A DNA stretch of 32,000 nucleotides from Methanobacteriota archaeon (lineage in GTDB: Archaea; JAADCQ01; Methanopyri; Methanopyrales; Methanopyraceae), in the NCBI GenBank assembly GCA_027064305.1, contig JAMOPY010000023.1, positions 16,569 through 48,568 of the forward strand, in the 5' to 3' direction. The first letter of the stretch is position 1. Each line of letters opens with the position of its first letter. The notes under the pieces are model-generated. The model was given only the letters and a program-made list of their open reading frames with translations. It was not told the DNA's origin and did no database searches. A program made the position numbers and the translations under genes. This document shows, piece by piece, positions 1 to 7,828 of the stretch.

Positions 1-10
1 GCTGGGCGAC

Positions 11-400
11 GTGACCACCATCTGGCACGGGGGCGCGGTCCTCCGCCTCCGCACCGGCTACCCGGACCGGGTGAAGACGGCGCGCATCCCCCTCCCCGAA
101 CGCACCCTCACCGTGGAACGACCCGTCCCCCTGGACACCCGACGAGAGCTGCCCCGACTGGACCGGAGCCGGCTCGAACCCGCGCTGGCCTACACCCAGC
201 TCCTCACCCGCCGCCCGGACCCCGACCTCGCCCTCCGCCTCGCCCGCCGGTTCGCCCGACGCCTCGGGCTGAACCCGCCCCGGAACGGCTCCATCGCCCT
301 CCTCAGCCGCACCCGGTTCCGCCCAGGGGACGAGGGGACGGGACGCCGGTTCCGCGTCTCCCTTCGGCCCTTCCCGAAACTGATATCATTGATCTCCTGA
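11..400 (+). CDS. Hypothetical Arg-rich protein, probably truncated at its 5' end by the window edge
   Basis: The frame stays open back to nt 2 (LGDVTTIW...), so the GTG at 11 may be internal. No family motif recognised. The next gene follows after 22 nt with a GGGGTGA SD. Confidence 0.3.
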   Translation: MTTIWHGGAVLRLRTGYPDRVKTARIPLPERTLTVERPVPLDTRRELPRLDRSRLEPALAYTQLLTRRPDPDLALRLARRFARRLGLNPPRNGSIALLSRTRFRPGDEGTGRRFRVSLRPFPKLISLIS

Positions 401-422
401 ACGGTGTTACGGGGTGACACCG

Positions 423-599
423 ATGTGTGAGTTCCGGGTGCGGCTGGACGGCGAGACGGTGGCCGAGGACGTGCTCTACCTGGAGGTGCAGGAGGACGGG
501 ATCCTCCTACGCGACATCACGGGCGAGGAGCGGTTCATCGAGGGCGCCCGGGTGAAGCGGGTGGACATGGACGAGCACGTGGTGGAACTGGAGCGGTAG
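423..599 (+). CDS. CooT-like small nickel-binding / putative RNA-binding protein
   Basis: MCEFRVRLDGETVAEDVLYLEVQEDGILLRDITGEERFIEG..V matches the MCE-start, about 60-aa CooT family pattern. ATG at 423 is preceded by GGGGTGA. The track start at 414 is an upstream GTG. Confidence 0.6.
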   Translation: MCEFRVRLDGETVAEDVLYLEVQEDGILLRDITGEERFIEGARVKRVDMDEHVVELER

Positions 600-621
600 G
601 GCTCGGGGCTCACAGGGCTCT

Positions 622-1308
622 TCATTCGTCCCCGTCCGTCGGCCTGGAACTCCTCATCGCCCGAACCAGATCCTCCACCGCCCGCTCCGGATCCTCGGCC
701 CGGGTGACCGCCCGACCCACGATCTCGAAGTCGGCCCCGGCCTCCAACGCCGAGCCCGGCTCCGCGCCCTGAGCGCCCACGCCCGGGCTGATTATGACCT
801 TGTCGGTGAGCTCCCGCACCGCGCGCACCTGAGCCGGCCGCGTGGCCGGGGCCACGAACCCCACCACACCGTCCAGGTGCTCGCAGACCCGAACGACCTC
901 CCGGCACACCGGATCGTAGAACCGTCGCGCCCCCGGGTGGCTCATCGTCGCCACGACCACGACCGGCGCCTCCCGAGCGCACTCCCGGACGACGTCCCGG
1001 CCCACGAACCCGTGCACGATCACGGCGTCCGCGCCGCGCTCCGACACGGCGGCGACGATGCGCCGCGAGACCTCGGGAATGTCGGCCACCTTCAGGTCCA
1101 CCAGCACGAAGGACTCCCTCACCGCGCGGGCCACCTCCCGCACGCCCTCCGCGCCCGCCTCCAAAACGACGTCGTATCCGATCTTAAACCCGTCCACGCG
1201 CCCATCCAGCCGCTCCGCCAGCTCCACCGCCCGCTCCAGACCCACGTCCAGCGCCACGATGAGGCGCGTCCTCGGCTCGAACAACCCACCGCACCCCCAC
1301 GAGCTCAC
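622..1308 (-). CDS. pyrF: Orotidine 5'-phosphate decarboxylase
   Basis: LIVALDV...DGFKIGYDV...LVDLKVADIPE...AVIVHGF...ATMSHPG...IISPGVGAQG...IVGRAV are canonical archaeal OMPDC motifs. The start is GTG at 1308 (alternative TTG at 1284). Confidence 0.85.
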   Translation of the reverse strand: MSSWGCGGLFEPRTRLIVALDVGLERAVELAERLDGRVDGFKIGYDVVLEAGAEGVREVARAVRESFVLVDLKVADIPEVSRRIVAAVSERGADAVIVHGFVGRDVVRECAREAPVVVVATMSHPGARRFYDPVCREVVRVCEHLDGVVGFVAPATRPAQVRAVRELTDKVIISPGVGAQGAEPGSALEAGADFEIVGRAVTRAEDPERAVEDLVRAMRSSRPTDGDE

Positions 1309-1765
1309 CCGCGTGGTACCCGAGATCGAACGCCAGCGCGGCCACCGTCACGCCCCAGTCCAAAAGCCCCGCGAGCCACCCCACCACCACGCCCACCTTC
1401 AGGACGGGACGCAGACCCCACGGATCCCACGGATGCACCAGCTCGTCCACGGCCGCGAGCAGGGCGATCAGGAGGAGCGGGACCGCGCCCGGCCCCCGGG
1501 GAGCCAGCAGCACCGCGCCCACGGTGACCGCGACCGCGGCGACCCAATGACAGGGCTCGTCGAGCTTCCCCACCACCCCGTTCCCCAGGGTCAGCCCCAG
1601 GTAGAGCTCGGGGCCCACCCCCATAGGGACGGAGGCGACGGCGACCAGCGCGGCGAGCGCCCCGGGCAGCAGCGCGGCGCGCCGCCGACCGGCCCGATCC
1701 ACCAGGTCGTCGGCCAGCTTCAGCAGCGCCCCGGAGACCGCGGCCAGCAGCGCCCCGGTCAGCAT
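1184..1765 (-). CDS. Hypothetical integral membrane protein (4-5 predicted TM helices)
   Basis: Hydrophobic Ala/Leu/Val/Gly-rich segments. The ATG at 1765 overlaps the stop of the upstream deoxyhypusine synthase gene (ATGCTGA). The Gly/Arg-rich tail overlaps pyrF by about 100-125 nt, so the 3' part is of doubtful biological meaning. Confidence 0.5.
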   Translation of the reverse strand: MLTGALLAAVSGALLKLADDLVDRAGRRRAALLPGALAALVAVASVPMGVGPELYLGLTLGNGVVGKLDEPCHWVAAVAVTVGAVLLAPRGPGAVPLLLIALLAAVDELVHPWDPWGLRPVLKVGVVVGWLAGLLDWGVTVAALAFDLGYHAGELVGVRWVVRAEDAPHRGAGRGSGAGGGAGGAAGWARGRV

Positions 1766-2622
1766 CTCCCGATCCCCAGCCGCTGTAGGACGCCCGTTAC
1801 GAGCAGGGGGAACAGGACCGTGTAGTCGCCGATCACCGTGGCCACCTCCGCGTCCTCCCGCACCTTGTCCCAGGACTTACCCTCCTCCAGCGGCGCCCCG
1901 CTAAGGCTCCCCGTCTCCGGCCGGTCCATCGTGATCTGAACCGCGTAATCCAGCCCGCCGCGGAGCATGGCCGCGCCCATCGCGAAGTGCTTGGGCACGC
2001 TCCCCCCGAGCATGATCGCGCCCAGCTCATCCGCCTCGAACACCAGGTCGGCCAGGTGGTGCATGTCGTCCACCAGGTCCAGCTCCAGCCGGTGATCCTG
2101 CGCGTACAACCACACGTGCAGCCCGACCATCGAGTCCAGCAGGCCCGGGGAGTAGACCGGGACCCCCTCCTCGGCCGCGGCCCGCAGGAACCCGTCCTCC
2201 AATCGCCGCCCCATCTCCCAGAGCAGCTCCCGCCCCGAGACCCGCTCGGGCAGGTCCCTCAACACGCCGCGCATGAACCGCTCGAAGCGCTCGAACGCCT
2301 CCATGGGCACGTGCACGTCGTACACGCGCCCGTACCCGTCCACGTTCCTCCGACCCTTGACCACGTGCACGCCGCCCAGGGCCTCCAGCGCGTCGTGCAC
2401 GACGTTCGCCCCGGACGTGATGACCGCGTCCACCAACCCCTCCCGGATGAGCAGCTCGAACAGGTCCCGCAGCCCGCCCGCGACGGCCGGGCCGGCCACC
2501 GTCAACAGCACCGTCGCGCCCGAGTCCCACATCCGCTCGAGCACCTCCGCCGCGCGCGCCAGCCGACCCGCCCCGAGCGCCCCCACCTCGCCCATGCGCC
2601 GCAGGAAGTCGTCCACGCTCAT
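1759..2622 (-). CDS. dys: Deoxyhypusine synthase
   Basis: MSVDDFLRRMGEVGALGAGRLARAAEVL..., ITSGANVVHD, GGSVPKH and EEGKSWDKV (catalytic Lys region) are present. The ATG at 2622 was chosen. The upstream part of the 441-aa track ORF is a Gly/Arg-rich read-through overlapping the agmatinase gene. Confidence 0.85.
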   Translation of the reverse strand: MSVDDFLRRMGEVGALGAGRLARAAEVLERMWDSGATVLLTVAGPAVAGGLRDLFELLIREGLVDAVITSGANVVHDALEALGGVHVVKGRRNVDGYGRVYDVHVPMEAFERFERFMRGVLRDLPERVSGRELLWEMGRRLEDGFLRAAAEEGVPVYSPGLLDSMVGLHVWLYAQDHRLELDLVDDMHHLADLVFEADELGAIMLGGSVPKHFAMGAAMLRGGLDYAVQITMDRPETGSLSGAPLEEGKSWDKVREDAEVATVIGDYTVLFPLLVTGVLQRLGIGRC

Positions 2623-2654
2623 GTCCGGATCGTACCGGAAGTGCCGCCGCTCGC

Positions 2655-3428
2655 TCAACCCTCCAAGAACCCCTTCAGGTACTCCCCGATCAGCCGGCAG
2701 GCCACGACCGGGGTCACGTGGGACTCCACCTCCGGGCACAGCTCCACCACGTCCAGGTGCGCGCCCGCGCGACCCGCCTCCCGCACGATCCGCGCCACCT
2801 CCTCGAACCCCAGCCCCCCGGGCTCCGGGGTGGTCACGCCGGGGGCGACCGACGGGTCCAGCGCGTCCAAATCCAGCGACACGTAGTCCGCGCGGCCCGC
2901 CGCCTCCACGGCCTCCTCCGGGGAGAGCAGCCGGAGCCGATCCGACCCCTCCAGCTCCTCCCACTCCCGCCGCGACCAGGCCCGGACGCCGACCAGACCC
3001 GCCCTTCCCACGCGCCTCAGGCAGGCGCGCAGGGCCCCGTCGTGCCGCTCCGAGGGAAGCAGGTCCGGGTGCGCGTCCAACCACAGGAGGCGGCGCGGGC
3101 GCAGCCGGGACACGGCCCGCGCGGTAACGGTGTGATCCCCACCCAGGATCAGGAAGGCCCGGGGCCGGGTGCGCGGACGGAAGTCCGGGAGGTCGCCCTC
3201 GTCCACGAGGGTCAGCTCCTCCAGCGGGTCGCCCAGGCCGGGCTCGAAGAAGTCCAGGCCGCGCGCCGCTCGACGGATCACGCCGGGGGCCCGGGCCTGG
3301 CCGCGCGGGTACCCGGGCAGCACGCGCTCCGAGGGCAGGCCGAGCACGGTGACGTCCGGGGAGCGCACGTCCGAGGGGGAGAACGAGAGGGGGAATCGGG
3401 GGCTACTCCTCCTCCTTGATCCCGACAA
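2655..3428 (-). CDS. speB: Agmatinase / ureohydrolase family protein (short form)
   Basis: Mn-binding motifs of the arginase fold are present: [41 protein letters not shown]. The maximal ORF starts at TTG 3428, inside the end of aIF5A. GTG 3368 ([13 protein letters not shown]...) is an equally plausible start. Confidence 0.8.
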   Translation of the reverse strand: MSGSRRRSSPRFPLSFSPSDVRSPDVTVLGLPSERVLPGYPRGQARAPGVIRRAARGLDFFEPGLGDPLEELTLVDEGDLPDFRPRTRPRAFLILGGDHTVTARAVSRLRPRRLLWLDAHPDLLPSERHDGALRACLRRVGRAGLVGVRAWSRREWEELEGSDRLRLLSPEEAVEAAGRADYVSLDLDALDPSVAPGVTTPEPGGLGFEEVARIVREAGRAGAHLDVVELCPEVESHVTPVVACRLIGEYLKGFLEG

Positions 3429-3807
3429 TCTTGCGCTTGCCCGCCGCCTCCATGTACTCGACCATCACGCCCTCCTCCAGCTGCGAGGCCAGCTCCTCGT
3501 CCTCCGGCTTCGGTACCTCGAACGTCTCGTAGGTCTCCATGTCCATCAGCTGCACCGTGTCGTCCATGACCGAGATCACCTGCGCGGTCTTCCGCTCGAT
3601 CACCGGCACGTCCACCTTCGCGTCCACCGGCTTGGTGATCGTCCGCTTCTTCCCGTCGAAGAGCCCCACCGCGACGATCCGCGCCTTCGCCGACCCGTGC
3701 TTGCCCGGCGAGGACGTCGTGTACTCCACGATCTTGCAGGGCTCGTCGTCGATCATGATGTACTTGCCCTTCTTCAGCTGGCGGACCTCCACCTTCTTGA
3801 CCGCCAT
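3403..3807 (-). CDS. eif5a: Translation initiation factor 5A (aIF5A)
   Basis: [44 protein letters not shown] carries the hypusine-site GKHG loop. ATG is preceded by GGGGGA. Confidence 0.95.
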   Translation of the reverse strand: MAVKKVEVRQLKKGKYIMIDDEPCKIVEYTTSSPGKHGSAKARIVAVGLFDGKKRTITKPVDAKVDVPVIERKTAQVISVMDDTVQLMDMETYETFEVPKPEDEELASQLEEGVMVEYMEAAGKRKIVGIKEEE

Positions 3808-3845
3808 CCGGCATCCCCCGAGGGGACGCGCTCCCCGGCGGTCCC

Positions 3846-3859
3846 TTACTAATAATACT
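3846..3859. promoter_or_regulatory. AT-rich TATA-like element in the divergent aIF5A / pdaD intergenic region
   Basis: TTACTAATAATACT is the only AT-rich stretch in the 75-bp spacer. It lies about 25-35 nt upstream of the pdaD ATG (3883) and about 40-50 nt upstream of the aIF5A ATG (3807) on the other strand. Confidence 0.4.
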
Positions 3860-3882
3860 CGGCCTCGGGACCGGGGGTCCCG

Positions 3883-4362
3883 ATGTCGACCGTCCGGTAC
3901 GCCCTGGTGACCGGCACCGGGCGGGCGGACACCTCCCTGGCCGCGTTCGACGCCGCGCTGCTCGACGCGGGCATCGGGAACTGGAACCTGGTAACACTCA
4001 CCAGCATCCTCCCACCGAACGCCGAGGAGGAGGACGCGCCCCCGCCCCTACCCCCCGGCGCGATCGTCCCCGCGGTCCTGGCCCGGTCCGTGGACCGGGG
4101 CCCGGTGGCCAGCTGCGTGTGCGTGGCCCGCCTCGAGTCGGGGTTCGGCATTATCGCGGAGCGATCCGACGCCTCGGACCCGGACCGGGCGGAGGAGCTG
4201 GCCCTCCGGGACGTGGAGGAGATGGCGAGGGCGCGCGGCGAGGAGATCCTCGAGGTCAAGACCGCGACCGCCTTCAACGAGCCGGAGGAGGACGAGTGGG
4301 CGGCGGCCGTATCCGCGGTCGTCCTGTGGGGGCGAATCCCCGTTGGAGTCCCTCAGGAGTGA
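3883..4362 (+). CDS. pdaD: Pyruvoyl-dependent arginine decarboxylase
   Basis: [35 protein letters not shown] matches the PdaD N-terminus, including the self-cleavage serine region. The size of about 159 aa is typical. Confidence 0.9.
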   Translation: MSTVRYALVTGTGRADTSLAAFDAALLDAGIGNWNLVTLTSILPPNAEEEDAPPPLPPGAIVPAVLARSVDRGPVASCVCVARLESGFGIIAERSDASDPDRAEELALRDVEEMARARGEEILEVKTATAFNEPEEDEWAAAVSAVVLWGRIPVGVPQE

Positions 4363-5365
4363 GCTCGAGCGGATCGTGACGGAACGGGTCCTCCCCCGCG
4401 TCCCCCGCGTCGAGCGGGGCTGGGAGAAGGTGGGGCGCGGCGCCGACGGCACCCCCACCATGCGGGTGGACGAGATCGCCGAGCGGGCCTTCCTCCGCGG
4501 GCTCGAGGACCGGGGCCTGGAGGTCCGGGTGATCAGCGAGGAGTCGGGCGAGGTGACCGTCGGGGAGGAGCCGGAGGCCACCCTGGTGCTGGACCCGCTG
4601 GACGGCTCCCACAACGCCTCGCGGGGGCTCCCCTTCTACTGCGTCTCCATCGGCCTCGCGGATCCCGAGGCCGAGTCGCTGGCGGACGTGGAGGACGGGC
4701 TCGTGATCTCGGACCTGATCACGTTCGACTCCGAGGGGGCACCGGAGGATCGCCCGAGCGGCCGTCCCACGGTCGCGATGTATTACTACGGGACCGAGCG
4801 GCTCCCCACCACCCTGCAGCGCCGGTTCAAGCTGCGGTGCCTGGGCTCCGTGGCGCTGGAGCTGGCGATGACGTGCCGCGGCATCCTCGACGGGTTCGTG
4901 GACGTGAGGGGCAGCCTCCGACCGACGGACGTGGCCGGGGCCTTCGGGCTCGGTCGAGGGGACACCGCCTTCCTGTTCTTCCGGGAGGGGAGGGAGCTAG
5001 AGCCGGAGGACGTGCCCCTGCGGCCCGACTTCCGGTTCGAGCTGGCGGCCGCCCGGGACGAGGGGTTGGCCCGGGAGCTCTACGACGGGCTGCGGCGGGA
5101 CGTGGGGCTGCGCCGGCTCCAGGCGCTGTTCGGCCGGCACCCGGAGGGGTTCGATCTCCACGGGCTGTGCGGGAAACTGGGGGAGGAGTGCGCGGAGCTC
5201 GCGCACGCGGTGGGCCGGGGCGAGGGGTACGAGGGGGAGCTGGCGGACGTGCTGGCCCTGGTCCTGAACCTCGCCAACGAGCTCGAGGTGGACCTCTTAG
5301 ACGCGCTCCAGCGCAAGTTCCGGAGGGTGTTCGAATGCCGCGAGCCCCGCGAACGGTCGGGGTGA
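4343..5365 (+). CDS. Inositol-monophosphatase-fold (NADP-phosphatase-like) protein fused to a C-terminal MazG/HisE-like all-alpha NTP pyrophosphohydrolase domain
   Basis: IMPase motifs are VISEESG, LVLDPLDGSHNA and RPTDVAGAF. The C-terminal GKLGEECAELAHAV...GELADVLALVLNLANELEVDLLDALQRKF carries the EExxE...ExxD MazG signature. The TTG start at 4343 overlaps the end of pdaD. Confidence 0.7.
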   Translation: MESLRSELERIVTERVLPRVPRVERGWEKVGRGADGTPTMRVDEIAERAFLRGLEDRGLEVRVISEESGEVTVGEEPEATLVLDPLDGSHNASRGLPFYCVSIGLADPEAESLADVEDGLVISDLITFDSEGAPEDRPSGRPTVAMYYYGTERLPTTLQRRFKLRCLGSVALELAMTCRGILDGFVDVRGSLRPTDVAGAFGLGRGDTAFLFFREGRELEPEDVPLRPDFRFELAAARDEGLARELYDGLRRDVGLRRLQALFGRHPEGFDLHGLCGKLGEECAELAHAVGRGEGYEGELADVLALVLNLANELEVDLLDALQRKFRRVFECREPRERSG

Positions 5366-6162
5366 CCGGACGCACGGACCTGGACCGGGCCCTCGAGGTC
5401 GCGCGCCTGGTCTGCCGCCTGTGCCGGGAGCACGGGCTCGAGGTCATCGCGGACGAGACGCTGGGCCTGGAACGGGTCGAGGCGACGGACCTCCGCTCGC
5501 TGGGCGAGCTCTCGGACGTGATCGTCACCGTCGGCGGCGACGGTACCATCCTCCGCGTCTCCCGCCTCACCTCCGAGCACGAGGTGCCCCTCCTGGGCGT
5601 CAACTTGGGAAAGTTCGGGTTCCTCACCGAGGTGAGCGAGCGCGAGGTCCCGGAGGCGATCCGCCGGCTGGCCGAGGGGGACTTCACGGTGGAGGAACGG
5701 GACAAGCTGCTCGTGGAGGTGGGGGAGGAGGAGCGGGAGGACGTGCTCAACGAGGTGACCGTGACCACCAGCCGACCCGCCAAGATGATCCAGTACGGGC
5801 TGATCATCGACGGGTTCGAGGTCGAGCGGGCCTGGGCCGACGGGGTGCTGGTCTCGACCCCCACGGGCTCCACGGCCTACTCCCTGTCCGCGGGCGGCCC
5901 CATCGTGGAACCGTCCGTGGAGTGCATGATCATCACCCCGCTCAACCCGTTCAAGCTCGAGGCGCGCCCCATGGTCGTCTCCCTGAACCGTCGGGTGGAA
6001 ATCGAGGTTCACGACCCCGAACGCGCCGAGGTCGTGCTCGACGGCCAGAAGTACCTGCCCTTCCGCGAGCCCGTGGTCGTGACCCGGTCCGCTCACCGGG
6101 CCCGGTTCGTGCGCTTTGACTCCTCGTACTTCGAACGCCTCCGGGAGAAGTTCCTGGGGTGA
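5335..6162 (+). CDS. nadK: NAD kinase
   Basis: VTVGGDGTILR, GVNLGKFGFLTE, NEVTV and DGVLVSTPTGSTAYSLSAGGPIV are present. The ATG at 5335 lies 31 nt inside the upstream gene. The upstream part of the 441-aa track ORF is low-complexity read-through. Confidence 0.85.
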   Translation: MPRAPRTVGVTGRTDLDRALEVARLVCRLCREHGLEVIADETLGLERVEATDLRSLGELSDVIVTVGGDGTILRVSRLTSEHEVPLLGVNLGKFGFLTEVSEREVPEAIRRLAEGDFTVEERDKLLVEVGEEEREDVLNEVTVTTSRPAKMIQYGLIIDGFEVERAWADGVLVSTPTGSTAYSLSAGGPIVEPSVECMIITPLNPFKLEARPMVVSLNRRVEIEVHDPERAEVVLDGQKYLPFREPVVVTRSAHRARFVRFDSSYFERLREKFLG

Positions 6163-6264
6163 GGACCGTGGGCCGCGCCCGATCCACCCTCGCCCGCCTC
6201 GGAGGCTCGATCCTACGGTTCATGATGTGCGGCCGGATCGTCCCCGCACTCTCGCGGGCGTCCC

Positions 6265-6540
6265 TCATCCTCTGGAGGCTCCTCTACCGCGAGGGACGTC
6301 GAGCGAGGATACCACCCTGAGCGCGCGCACGGCCATCCGCACGTCCTCCTCCCGAACGGTCTTCCGACCCGCGTGCCGCGCGGCGAGCACCGACAGCTCC
6401 GCCAGCATCCGACCGAGCTCCTCGATCAGCCGAAAGTACTCCTCCTTCGCCTCCATCCGCACCCCCACGACGTCCCCGCCCGCCCGGGCCGACTCCCTCA
6501 GAATCCGCTCCAGCACGTTCGTCGGCAGGTCCACCTCCAT
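6265..6540 (-). CDS. Histone-fold protein (single fold, archaeal histone-like)
   Basis: DLPTNVLERILRE...EAKEEYFRLIEELGRMLAELSVLAARHAGRKTVREEDVRMAVRAL matches the LP..v.Ri...A.hagRKTv..eDi..A pattern. The ATG at 6540 follows GGTGG. The track start at 6549 is an upstream GTG. Confidence 0.7.
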   Translation of the reverse strand: MEVDLPTNVLERILRESARAGGDVVGVRMEAKEEYFRLIEELGRMLAELSVLAARHAGRKTVREEDVRMAVRALRVVSSLDVPRGRGASRG

Positions 6541-6557
6541 CCCAACCACCGCCCGGG

Positions 6558-6956
6558 GTGCCCCGGTTGCGATCCTACGTCCTGGACGCCTCGGCCTTCA
6601 TCAAGGGTGCCGTCCCGGACCGGGGCCGCCTCTACACCGTCCCCGAGGTCGTCGACGAGCTGCGCGACCCCCTCTCCCGCGCCCGGTTCGAGACCGCCCC
6701 CGTCCACGTCCGCGAGCCCGCAGGCTGGGCCGTCCGACGGGCCCGCAGGCGCGCCCGGCTCACCGGCGACGCGGATCGCCTCTCCATCACCGACCTAAAG
6801 GTGCTGGCGCTCGCCGTCGAACTCCGGTCCGAGGGCCGGGACGTCACCATCATCAGCTCCGACTACGCGCTTCAGAACGTCGCGAGATCCCTGAAGCTCG
6901 ACGTCTACGGCCCCGTGCACGGGGAGATAAGGGAGGTAAGGGGACCGACCCGATGA
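6558..6956 (+). CDS. Nob1-like PIN-domain endoribonuclease (no C-terminal zinc ribbon)
   Basis: YVLDASAFIKG...YTVPEVVDELRD...LTGDADRLSITDLKVLALAVEL...IISSDYALQNVA is the Nob1-type PIN pattern. The start is GTG 6558 or TTG 6567. The stop overlaps the next ATG (ATGA). Confidence 0.7.
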   Translation: MPRLRSYVLDASAFIKGAVPDRGRLYTVPEVVDELRDPLSRARFETAPVHVREPAGWAVRRARRRARLTGDADRLSITDLKVLALAVELRSEGRDVTIISSDYALQNVARSLKLDVYGPVHGEIREVRGPTR

Positions 6957-7813
6957 ACACCGTCGGCATCACCACCACCGTCACCGTGGCCGGGCTCACC
7001 GGGACCAAGCGGGTCACCGCCCGCGTGGACACCGGCGCCCGCTACGACGCCCTCGACTACACCCTCGCCGCCAAGATCGGGGCCGGCCCCGTCCTCGACG
7101 TCAAGAAGATCCGCTCCGCCACCGCCTCCCGCCTCAAGGCCGAGCGCCGACCCGTCGTTCCCCTCACCCTCAAGCTCGGCGACCGGCTCGTGCACACCCG
7201 CGCCACCCTCGCCGACCGCCGTGGGATGAGGTACCCGCTCATCATCGGCCGCGAGACCCTCCGCCGGGCCGGCGTCCTCGTCGACCCCACCCGACGATCC
7301 ACCGGGCGGGACGAGCGGGACCGCGACCCCGGGCGACGGGCCGCCAGCATGCTGCGCCTGCACACCGAGCTGCGCCGCGCGGTCCCGAAGGAGCGCGCCA
7401 TCACCCCAGCCATCCTGGCCCTACAGCACGGCGGCGCCTGGTCCTACCGGGACGAGGACGTCGTCTCCGTCGCCGTGCCCGTCCGGGAGGAGCGGGACGG
7501 GGTCGTGATCGAGCGACTGTACCTGCTCCTAGACCCGCGGATCGAGCGCTCCGAGGGCCGCATCGTCCGGCTGGAGAAGTGCGGCGAGGAGGACGTGCGA
7601 CGGGTGGCCGAGCGCCCCCGACTCCTGGAGGTCCGCCACGAGGGCGGGGCCACCGTGCGCATCGACCCCCACCGCCGCACCCTCCGCGTCACCCGGCTCG
7701 AGCCCGGCCGGATCACCTTCCGAGGCACCGCCGCGGCCAACGTCCACCACGAGCTCGCCCACCTCACGGAGGAGGAGCCCGGCCCCACCATCCTGGACTT
7801 CAAGATCGAGTGA
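6953..7813 (+). CDS. Retropepsin-like (RimB / 'ATP-dependent zinc protease' family) domain fused to an uncharacterised C-terminal domain containing HELAH
   Basis: The N-terminal VTARVDTGARYDAL...RRPVVPLTLKLGD...ATLADRRGMRYPLIIGRETLRRAGVLVDP matches the DTGA retropepsin-like family. The C-terminal 150 aa matches no recognised family but carries an HEXXH motif (VHHELAHL). ATGA coupling to the PIN gene. Confidence 0.65.
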   Translation: MNTVGITTTVTVAGLTGTKRVTARVDTGARYDALDYTLAAKIGAGPVLDVKKIRSATASRLKAERRPVVPLTLKLGDRLVHTRATLADRRGMRYPLIIGRETLRRAGVLVDPTRRSTGRDERDRDPGRRAASMLRLHTELRRAVPKERAITPAILALQHGGAWSYRDEDVVSVAVPVREERDGVVIERLYLLLDPRIERSEGRIVRLEKCGEEDVRRVAERPRLLEVRHEGGATVRIDPHRRTLRVTRLEPGRITFRGTAAANVHHELAHLTEEEPGPTILDFKIE

Positions 7814-7828
7814 CGGGAGGGCCTCGCG

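Noticed and set aside
2623-3084. N-terminal 154-aa extension of the deoxyhypusine synthase ORF (track start 3084)
   Set aside because: The Gly/Arg/Pro-rich extension overlaps the agmatinase coding frame. DHS homology begins at the ATG at 2622.
6116-6952. Upstream 279 aa of the 565-aa track ORF 6116-7813
   Set aside because: This is a Pro/Arg/Ser-rich read-through across the histone gene (antisense) and the PIN gene (out of frame). The real gene begins at ATG 6953, ATGA-coupled to the PIN stop.
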